Of a stretch of DNA of 32,000 nt, positions 1 through 7,252 are shown piece by piece. This DNA is from Promethearchaeum syntrophicum (GTDB taxonomy: Archaea > Asgardarchaeota > Lokiarchaeia > Sigyniarchaeales > Promethearchaeaceae): positions 990,001 to 1,022,000 of the forward strand of contig NZ_CP042905.2 of the NCBI RefSeq assembly GCF_008000775.2, in the 5' to 3' direction. Position 1 is the first letter of the stretch. Each line of letters starts with the position of its first letter. The notes below the pieces were generated by a model. The model worked only from the letters and a program-made list of their open reading frames with translations, was not told the DNA's origin and made no database searches. A program made the translations under genes and the position numbers.

Positions 1-232
1 TCGCTAAATGATGAATCCATCCCCTTCGACCATCATAACCCCCTAGAACTGCTCCGAGAATTTTATTTTTTACAGTATCCTTCATAACCAAACATAATCC
101 TGGATTATGCTTTAACATTCTCACCAATTCTTCGTGTTTATCTGAATAGGTTAATTCGATCTTAACTAAACGCCACAAATCTAGAACTTGAGATAAATCT
201 CTCTCTACCATTTCGTGAATAACAAATTCCAT
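1..232 (-). CDS. GNAT-family N-acetyltransferase, N-terminal part (runs off window edge)
   Basis: Manual minus-strand translation from ATG at 232: MEFVIHEMVERDLSQVLDLWRLVKIELTYSDKHEELVRMLKHNPGLCLVMKDTVKNKILGAVLGGYDGRRGWIHHLA. The pattern 'GAVLGGYDGRRGWIHHLAV' is typical of RimI-like GNATs. Not in the ORF track because it is truncated. Confidence 0.8.
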   Translation of the reverse strand, partial: MEFVIHEMVERDLSQVLDLWRLVKIELTYSDKHEELVRMLKHNPGLCLVMKDTVKNKILGAVLGGYDGRRGWIHHLA

Positions 233-315
233 TGAGAGTTAGAAGGATTTGTTTTTTTTAAAATTTAAGAATGTAAGCAAAAGATTGTAAAGAAAATAAG
301 AAAATATAATATGTA

Positions 316-738
316 TCAAACTTGAAAATCAAATACATCATCGGGAACCATTAAATTATCTACAATATGTATTACTCCATTTGTACCTAAAATATCTTTT
401 ATGAGAATATTCGCTGATCCAATTTTTTCACCGTTCTGAAAAATCTCGATCATATTTCCTTCCAGTGTTGGTATTGATTTTCGGTGCGATAAATCGAAGG
501 AGGAATGCTTTCCAGGCAAAATATGGTTGGAAAAGACTTTTCTTAATACTTCTTTATCATGAAACAATTTAAATATAGTTTTTTCAGGCAATTTTCTTAT
601 TGCTTCTTCAACAGGCGCGATTATGGTAAACGGCCCCTTATCTTTCAAATCTTCGGTAAGTTTCACTGCTTCAATGCCTTCAAGGAATAAGTTAAATGCA
701 TTCATATCCTTTAGGGTCTTATATATATTTGAGGGCAA
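316..738 (-). CDS. FAS1 (fasciclin-like) domain protein
   Basis: Single FAS1 fold motifs: 'GPFTIIAPVEEAIRKLP', 'VFSNHILPGKHSSFDL', 'NGVIHIVDNLMVP'. Confidence 0.85.
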   Translation of the reverse strand: MPSNIYKTLKDMNAFNLFLEGIEAVKLTEDLKDKGPFTIIAPVEEAIRKLPEKTIFKLFHDKEVLRKVFSNHILPGKHSSFDLSHRKSIPTLEGNMIEIFQNGEKIGSANILIKDILGTNGVIHIVDNLMVPDDVFDFQV

Positions 739-863
739 AATAAAATCACTGACTTTTTTTTTTTACAAACAATAGTACTAAATCTACATTTTTAAAACTA
801 TTGTAAAAATCACTACATTTTCATAAGACAAAAAAGGATAAAATTCGATTTTAAGAATAAAAA

Positions 864-936
864 TAGGGACGAAGAGAGTTGAACTCTTGACATCCACGGT
901 GTGAGCGTGGCGAAATAACCACTAGTCTACGCCCCT
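864..936 (-). tRNA. tRNA-Val (anticodon CAC)
   Basis: Minus strand AGGGGCG TA GACTAGTGGTTATTTC G CCACG CTCACAC CGTGG ATGTC AAGAG TTCAACT CTCTT CGTCCCT A. It has a 7-bp acceptor stem with one G-U pair, a 5-bp anticodon stem with CAC at 34-36, and a 5-bp T stem with a TTCAACT loop. It is 73 nt with an A discriminator. The D stem is weak (only 2 Watson-Crick pairs). Confidence 0.88.
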
Positions 937-946
937 TAAGAAATGT

Positions 947-1240
947 TTAATAATTTTCATTAATCAACCATTTTACAGGAACGTCTTGACTTGTTCCATT
1001 AGGTAAATGTCTCCTAATGGTGATTGGTAACATTTTATTCTCAAGCTCGTAGGTTGCGATTTCTAAAGGATCATTTACACCTTGAGGAATTTCTATGAAT
1101 GGACTGGCTTGAAACGCGAGTTGTAATGCGCGAGCACCGATAATTCTGCTCCGTTCATATCTGGTTATAAAAATTGAACCAATTTTAATTTTTTTTTCTG
1201 CTTCAATATATTTATCGTATCTTTTTAACGTTCTGCTCAT
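947..1240 (-). CDS. rpoK: DNA-directed RNA polymerase subunit K (Rpb6/omega family)
   Basis: 'TRYERSRIIGARALQLAFQASPFIEIP...DPLEIATYELENKMLPITIRRHLPNG' is the diagnostic Rpb6/RpoK core. Confidence 0.95.
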   Translation of the reverse strand: MSRTLKRYDKYIEAEKKIKIGSIFITRYERSRIIGARALQLAFQASPFIEIPQGVNDPLEIATYELENKMLPITIRRHLPNGTSQDVPVKWLINENY

Positions 1241-1342
1241 AAAAGTTGTTCAACCTAAAAAATAGTAATTTGATCAATAATCCATTTAAAAAAAGTTTTT
1301 CGGTATATTGAAGAGTTGAATTACAGAGTGGAAGATGAGAAC

Positions 1343-1708
1343 TTAATCAAAATCTTCCATTGTAAATTCTTGGTCAGATTGTGTCTTCTTCTTATTTTTA
1401 TTTTTTTTTATTTTCTCTTTTTTTATTTTTAGTTTTTTTTTATAAGAGATATTGGCTTCGGGTTCTGAATAAGATTGGAAACTATGTTCAGATGATGATG
1501 CATCTGATTCCTTTTTTTTTTTCCTGTCTTTTTTGATACCAACGATGAGAAATATTAAACCTGGGATAAACAAAATCAAGGCAAAAATTAGTAAAAAGAT
1601 TCCTATTAAGACTCCTCTGAGGTCTCCTCTACTTAATATAATAACTAGGATACCTAACGATGCTGGTAGGATACATAAACACATTCCGAATTTTTTAGAA
1701 AAACTCAT
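1343..1708 (-). CDS. Small membrane protein (two predicted TM helices) with long Lys/Ser-rich cytosolic tail
   Basis: Two hydrophobic segments (GMCLCILPASLGILVIIL; GVLIGIFLLIFALILFIPGLIFLIVG) followed by a strongly basic low-complexity tail. Confidence 0.65.
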   Translation of the reverse strand: MSFSKKFGMCLCILPASLGILVIILSRGDLRGVLIGIFLLIFALILFIPGLIFLIVGIKKDRKKKKESDASSSEHSFQSYSEPEANISYKKKLKIKKEKIKKNKNKKKTQSDQEFTMEDFD

Positions 1709-1714
1709 ATCAAA

Positions 1715-1966
1715 TCACTCTCTAGATGCCCATACAATGTCGTCAGCTGATAATCTCTTGCGCTTTTCATCCTTAACCAATGATAGTGCCTTTTTTGTAG
1801 TCCTTTTAGCTTGCATTTCTAATTGTTCTATTAATAATTCAATGGCTCCATCGCTGACTAATGATGCTCCTTGTTCTTTCATAAATCTTTTTATTGGTGC
1901 CTTAGACATAAAATTCGTTTGAGATTTTGAATTTATAATAATTTTTTTCGATTTTTTTTTAGCCAT
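1715..1966 (-). CDS. Archaeal histone-fold protein
   Basis: 'APIKRFMKEQGASLVSDGAIELLIEQLEMQAKRTTKKALSLVKDEKRKRLSADDIVWA' matches the HMf-type histone fold. It has a basic ~20-residue N-terminal extension. Confidence 0.93.
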   Translation of the reverse strand: MAKKKSKKIIINSKSQTNFMSKAPIKRFMKEQGASLVSDGAIELLIEQLEMQAKRTTKKALSLVKDEKRKRLSADDIVWASRE

Positions 1967-2090
1967 GATATTTCATTTTATGTTTTCACTTAAATACGTT
2001 TTTACGTTTTTAAACAACAAGAACCTCTTAGACTTTATAAACATATGAAGAAATAAATAAAATAGGCTCAATTTTAACTGAAGGAAAAAA

Positions 2091-4532
2091 ATGTTGGATC
2101 AATTTATTAATCATGAATTTTTAAAACCGAATTTACTTTTAAAACGGAAATATCAAGTTGATATTTTCGTCACTTGTTCAAAAAAAAATTGTTTAGTAGT
2201 AGTTCCAACTGGGTTGGGAAAAACTATTATTGCTTTATTGTTAAGTCTCCATTATTTAAAAAAAAAAAAAAAATCAAAGATTATTTTTTTGGCACCCACC
2301 AGGCCTTTAGTAGAGCAACACCTGCAAACTTTTAAAAATCTAACAAATTTTGATTCTGAATCACTCATAATGATGACTGGAACAATAGCGCCAAAAAAAA
2401 GGGTAGAATTATATAAAGAAGATGATACGAAATGTTTCTTCATGACACCCCAAGTGCTTCAAAATGATATTATTGGGAATAGAGTATCTTTATTAGATGT
2501 AGCTTTAATAATATTCGATGAGGCACACCGCGCAAGTGGAAATTATGCATATAATTTCCTAGCTAAGAAATATGTTGAACATGCAAGAAAACCAAGAATT
2601 CTCGCAATGACCGCTTCCCCCGGAAAAAATCGAGAAATAATAGAGGAAGTAATGCAAAACCTATTTTTAGAAACAATTGAGATCCGGACAGATTCGGATC
2701 CGGATGTTAAACCCTATATTCAAGATGTGAAGGTGATATGGAAAGATATTGAGCTTCCTGAAGAAATGCATCAATTGAATCGACTTATTGTGGAAATGAA
2801 GAAGAAAATCTATAAAGAATTAAAATCAAATGAATTATTGGATTCAGAAAATGTGCAAAAAATCACACGAAGAAACTTGTTAAGTGCGATGTCTGCCTTA
2901 GATGCACTTATTGTAAAGGGAAAATACGGAAGTGACCTTCCTCGACTTTTATATTGTAAAAAATTATTCTCTAATGCAATTAGATTATCTCATATGTCTG
3001 AATTGCTTGAAGCTCATGGGATTAAATCATTAAAAACTTATCTTGATAAGAATTTAAAAGATGTCCAAGAAGGAAAAGGAGGGAAATCTCTTGAGGAATT
3101 ATTCAATAATTCACGAATGGATGAGATAATTGAGAATGTGAAAATGCTTACTTTTGATAAAGTAGATCATCCCAAAATGATCATTTTGATGGATATATTA
3201 CAAGAACAATTCCAGATTAACCCTGAATCTAGGATATTAGTTTTTTGCCATTTTCGTGATACGATCTCTCATATCATTAAAGAAATTAGCAATAACGAAC
3301 TAATTAAACCTTCAAAATTTATAGGCCAGCAAACTAAAGGCAAAGAAAAAGGATTTTCTCAAAAAAAGCAACTTGAAATTCTTGAACAATTCAAAAATGG
3401 GGATTTTAATACACTAGTGGCAACGTCTGTTGGTGAAGAAGGCTTAGATATTTCGGAATGTGATGTTGTAATATTTTTTGATGTGGTTCCCAGTGAAATT
3501 CGCGCCATTCAGCGCCGAGGGAGAACCGGTAGAAATAAATCAGGAAAGGTATACGTTTTTAAAACTAAAGGTACTCGTGAAGAAGGATATTTTTGGGCTG
3601 AAAAAAGGAGGGAAAAGGAAATGAAACGTGTTTTGAAAGAGATTAAGAAAGATTTGGGTGATTCACCCTTGCAGAGAAAATCTAAAAAAAAAAAAGATCT
3701 GATTTCTTTTATTCAAACTTCTGGAAAAAAGCAAATATCTTCTCAAAAGGAAGTTCTCGCTAAGGAAAAGAATAGTGAAAAGAGTGAAAAAAATGAGATT
3801 GATAATGAAACTAAATTTGAGAAAAAGAAAATCAATTTCTCTGCAAATACAGTCCCAATTGACAGTTCAGAACCTAAAATTCTAGTAGATTCCAGAGAAA
3901 CCGCCTCATCTGTCACAAGAGAGTTATCAGAAAGAAACGCTTTAATATCTCTAGAAAAACTACCAATAGGTGATTATATAATATCAGAACGCTGCGGAAT
4001 TGAGCGTAAAAGTGTTCAAGATTTTACTGATTCAATAAAGGATGGTCGACTTTTTAAAGAATTACAGAAACTTCGAACACAATTTTCTTTACCAATCTTA
4101 ATTTTGGAAGGAAATTTGAATTCCATTCTTAGTATTAAACGAGCTGCTATCCTTGGAACACTATCAAGTATTTTATTAAATATGAATATTTTACTACTTC
4201 AAACATTATCTCCCGAAGAAACTGCTGAAATGCTTTATGCTCTAGCAAAAAAAGAACAACAAACCAAAGATAAGAAGAATTTTTCTATCAGATTTAAAAA
4301 ATTACCTGAGAAGATTTCTGAGCAGATGGAATATATTGTTTCTGGAATTCCTGGAATAAATTCTTCAAGAGCTAAGGATTTACTTAACCAATTTCATTCT
4401 TTGAGAGAATTATTCTCTGCTGAGATAGAAGATCTAGAAAAAACTCCAAATATTGGTCCAGTTCTAGCTCAAACAATTTTAAAATATTCCATAACGGATT
4501 ATGAAAAATCAACAAAAACTGAAAATCAGTGA
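2091..4532 (+). CDS. hef: Hef-type helicase/structure-specific nuclease (FANCM/XPF family)
   Basis: Walker A 'VVPTGLGKTIIALLL', 'DEAH', 'TASPGK', helicase motif VI 'QRRGRTGR', ERCC4 nuclease 'GDYIISERCGIERKSVQDF', and C-terminal HhH2 'IPGINSSRAKDLL...TPNIGPVLAQTIL'. Confidence 0.95.
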   Translation: MLDQFINHEFLKPNLLLKRKYQVDIFVTCSKKNCLVVVPTGLGKTIIALLLSLHYLKKKKKSKIIFLAPTRPLVEQHLQTFKNLTNFDSESLIMMTGTIAPKKRVELYKEDDTKCFFMTPQVLQNDIIGNRVSLLDVALIIFDEAHRASGNYAYNFLAKKYVEHARKPRILAMTASPGKNREIIEEVMQNLFLETIEIRTDSDPDVKPYIQDVKVIWKDIELPEEMHQLNRLIVEMKKKIYKELKSNELLDSENVQKITRRNLLSAMSALDALIVKGKYGSDLPRLLYCKKLFSNAIRLSHMSELLEAHGIKSLKTYLDKNLKDVQEGKGGKSLEELFNNSRMDEIIENVKMLTFDKVDHPKMIILMDILQEQFQINPESRILVFCHFRDTISHIIKEISNNELIKPSKFIGQQTKGKEKGFSQKKQLEILEQFKNGDFNTLVATSVGEEGLDISECDVVIFFDVVPSEIRAIQRRGRTGRNKSGKVYVFKTKGTREEGYFWAEKRREKEMKRVLKEIKKDLGDSPLQRKSKKKKDLISFIQTSGKKQISSQKEVLAKEKNSEKSEKNEIDNETKFEKKKINFSANTVPIDSSEPKILVDSRETASSVTRELSERNALISLEKLPIGDYIISERCGIERKSVQDFTDSIKDGRLFKELQKLRTQFSLPILILEGNLNSILSIKRAAILGTLSSILLNMNILLLQTLSPEETAEMLYALAKKEQQTKDKKNFSIRFKKLPEKISEQMEYIVSGIPGINSSRAKDLLNQFHSLRELFSAEIEDLEKTPNIGPVLAQTILKYSITDYEKSTKTENQ

Positions 4533-4568
4533 AATTAAATCTAAAATATTCTTATTTGATTACATAAT

Positions 4569-5411
4569 ATGGGAGAAAAAACAATTAAACATAACAAATT
4601 CCGAATTTTTAAAAGAATTCTCCCAAATTGGGATCATGATTTACACGTTCATTCAAATTGGTCTCAAGATAATCTCGATGGCCCTTCATTAGAAGAATTT
4701 ATTCCCTTGGCTGAACGATTTAAAATTCATATTGGATTTGCAGATCATTTTGAATTCAAATTTCCTAATCCTAAGGATCCAAAATGTAAGGAATGTCGTT
4801 TAAATCAAAACTCTGTTGATAATTACTTAGAAGAAATTGATAAAATCAAAGAAAATTACCCTTTTATTACTTCAGGACTAGATTTTAAATTTATTCCAAT
4901 TCGTAAAGACAAATTGCAAGAATTTACGGATGATTATAGGAAACAATTCGATTTTTTCATAGGTAAGGTACTTGAAATTGAAGAAATCCCTTCAATCCAT
5001 AAAAAAAGTTCTTTAAATGATGTGCTAGACAAATTCTTTCAATTAGAAGTAGAACTCTTAAAGTCTAAAATTTTCGATTGTATAGCCCATCCAGATAAAA
5101 CTTTTCGCTTTTTTGCTAAAAAAGAACTTAAAAATCATCCCGAATATGCATTTGATGAAAGAATTTTAGAATTGGGTGCATTATGTGAAAATACGCGTAC
5201 AATGATGGAAGTAAACTTGAGTGGGTATCGATTTCCTTGGAAAACCCCCTTCCCCAATTTAGATTATTTACATCATTTACTTGCTCAAGGCGTTTCCTTC
5301 ATCGTAGGATCAAATAGTTATACTCTTGAGGATTTCTCGAATAATGTTCTTAATATCAGGAGGATAAATCAAATAATTAAAGGGGAATTTTTGTTTACAA
5401 AAAAATTTTAA
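4569..5411 (+). CDS. PHP-domain metal-dependent phosphoesterase (histidinol-phosphatase-like)
   Basis: 'DHDLHVHSNWSQDNLDGPSLEEFIPLAERFKIHIGFADH', 'FDCIAHPDKTFRF', and C-terminal 'GSNSYTLEDFSNNV'. Confidence 0.85.
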   Translation: MGEKTIKHNKFRIFKRILPNWDHDLHVHSNWSQDNLDGPSLEEFIPLAERFKIHIGFADHFEFKFPNPKDPKCKECRLNQNSVDNYLEEIDKIKENYPFITSGLDFKFIPIRKDKLQEFTDDYRKQFDFFIGKVLEIEEIPSIHKKSSLNDVLDKFFQLEVELLKSKIFDCIAHPDKTFRFFAKKELKNHPEYAFDERILELGALCENTRTMMEVNLSGYRFPWKTPFPNLDYLHHLLAQGVSFIVGSNSYTLEDFSNNVLNIRRINQIIKGEFLFTKKF

Positions 5412-5435
5412 AGTTACAGAACTACATCATTTTTA

Positions 5436-6053
5436 ATGGCTAGGAAAAAAAAAAAAAAACAACAAGAATCACCTTCGAGTACTATTCAACCTTTGGAGCA
5501 AACAAAAGAATTAATGGGAATGTTACAAGGGTCGGATGATAAAGAAATTATTAAGCAAGAAAAAACTGAGAGTTCTGAAATCGAAAAAAGTGTTAATCAA
5601 TCGCCACCTCCTCCTCCTCCTCCTCCATCAACTGATTCTTCTGTAGCCCCTCCGATATCTCAAGAAGAACAAAAAACTGATGAAAGAACCACTTCTTCCT
5701 TTTTCAAAGATACGGGAGAATTCTTCAATCAACTTGGGGAGGCTTATGAAGCTCGTTATTCTCTCTGGGAAAAATCAGATTTAACAGTAATGGCAATACT
5801 CCGTGAAATTAGAAAAATAAATGAAGAAAACACAGATCAATTTGTTAAAGCTATTAATGTTTTGGATAATAAGATCTCAAAGGGTTTTAATGAATTTTTA
5901 GTTAAAAGAAGTGAACTTGAAAGATATTCAGATACAGATTATAAAGAAATCGCTAAAAATTTCCAAAAAACATTAGATTTATTAAATTTTCAAATCAGAG
6001 AGTTTAAGCTAAATCAAATGGTGACGGCGATGTTCAATATTTATGCAAAATAA
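5436..6053 (+). CDS. Uncharacterised protein with basic N-terminus, polyproline tract (PPPPPPPPP) and helical/coiled C-terminal half
   Basis: Long clean ORF with ATG: 'MARKKKKKQQE...VNQSPPPPPPPPSTDSS...EKSDLTVMAILREIRKINEENTDQFVKAINVLDNKISKG'. No family recognised. Confidence 0.7.
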   Translation: MARKKKKKQQESPSSTIQPLEQTKELMGMLQGSDDKEIIKQEKTESSEIEKSVNQSPPPPPPPPSTDSSVAPPISQEEQKTDERTTSSFFKDTGEFFNQLGEAYEARYSLWEKSDLTVMAILREIRKINEENTDQFVKAINVLDNKISKGFNEFLVKRSELERYSDTDYKEIAKNFQKTLDLLNFQIREFKLNQMVTAMFNIYAK

Positions 6054-6160
6054 AATCGAGTCGAATTGTTTTACGTACATATGCGAATGGGATTTTTTCA
6101 AAGATATTAATTTTTCATCAAATTTTATTTAAGGTTATAATCCTTATTAGTTTTAGAATA

Positions 6161-7249
6161 ATGGATATCTTAATTGATGTTGGAGCTTTTGAAAGTTTGA
6201 TTGGTATTCCAAATGAGGAAATTTATAGATTCCGAGAAAGATCTGTATATTCTGATTCAAATAATCCTATAATTAAAAAAACAGTAATGCAAGGTGCTCT
6301 AGCAGAAATTAATTTTAAGAGGTATTATGGAAATGCTGCATTGCGGTTTAAAAATGTACTAAATGTTCAGTATTTCATGAAAGAGAAGGATTTCATTTCT
6401 TATTCAAAATTAATTGGAAAAAAATTGCTTGAATTATCATTGAAACCAAAAGAAACAGGGTTGGTGTTAGTGGTATCAAATCACTTTTCAAAAAATGATA
6501 AACTAAATCTTCAAAACTCATTATTTCAAACTCTTAAAATCCCTCGAATTGCCTTTTTACCTCACACAGCTTCAATTTTAACTGAATTGGAATTAAATAC
6601 AGGAGTAATTATTGATATGGGATATTATTCTACTAGAATTGAAAGTATTTATAAAGGTTTTCCTAATTCGGATAGTCAATTTATATTTCCATTGGGTGGA
6701 TATCATGTTACTCAACAGATACTTAATAATATCTTTTCTCGTCTTGAATATAGGTCGGATTTACCACTTTTATGGGAATCAGAACGTATTAAAAATGAAA
6801 AATTATTTGTTGTGGAAGATCCTGAGAAGTGCTCTGACCAAATTCATAAAGGATTTAAAAATTTTGATTTCATCATGGAATTACCTGATGGAAAGGAGAT
6901 AATATTAAATAAAGAAAGATATGAACCCGCAGAAATCTTTTTTAATCCATTAATTGCCCATACCAGATCTGAAAATATAGTTGAATTAATTGAAAATTCT
7001 ATAAAATCTTGGGAAAGAGATCATTTAAGAGAACTTTGCTCCAATATTATCATTATAGGTAATGGTGGTAAAATTCCAGGATTAAATCAAAAAATTGAAA
7101 AATTATTAAAAAAAAGATTTGCGGAATCAGTGGATGTTAAAATCATTGAAATTTCAGATCAAAAAGATATATTCTGGATCGGGGCTTCTAAATTTATTAA
7201 ATCTAAAAAAGAATTAAAATGGATTTCAAATCCATCAACGGAGATTTAA
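6161..7249 (+). CDS. Divergent actin-like / actin-related protein
   Basis: Actin-order blocks: 'ILIDVGAFESLIGI' (phosphate-1), 'LFQTLKIPRIAFLPHTASIL' (helix around actin Q137), 'TGVIIDMGYYSTRIESIYKG' (phosphate-2), 'GGYHVTQQI', 'ERYEPAEIFFNP', 'NIIIIGNGGKIPGLNQKIEKLL' (adenosine motif) and C-terminal 'IFWIGASKFIKSKKELKWIS'. Confidence 0.85.
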   Translation: MDILIDVGAFESLIGIPNEEIYRFRERSVYSDSNNPIIKKTVMQGALAEINFKRYYGNAALRFKNVLNVQYFMKEKDFISYSKLIGKKLLELSLKPKETGLVLVVSNHFSKNDKLNLQNSLFQTLKIPRIAFLPHTASILTELELNTGVIIDMGYYSTRIESIYKGFPNSDSQFIFPLGGYHVTQQILNNIFSRLEYRSDLPLLWESERIKNEKLFVVEDPEKCSDQIHKGFKNFDFIMELPDGKEIILNKERYEPAEIFFNPLIAHTRSENIVELIENSIKSWERDHLRELCSNIIIIGNGGKIPGLNQKIEKLLKKRFAESVDVKIIEISDQKDIFWIGASKFIKSKKELKWISNPSTEI

Positions 7250-7252
7250 AAA

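Noticed and set aside
1533-1922. 129-aa + strand ORF antisense to the histone and membrane protein genes
   Set aside because: It overlaps well-supported minus-strand genes and looks like complementary-strand translation.
4501-4692. 63-aa + strand ORF between hef and the PHP gene
   Set aside because: It overlaps both neighbouring genes in another frame, has no domain, and the PHP ORF explains the region.
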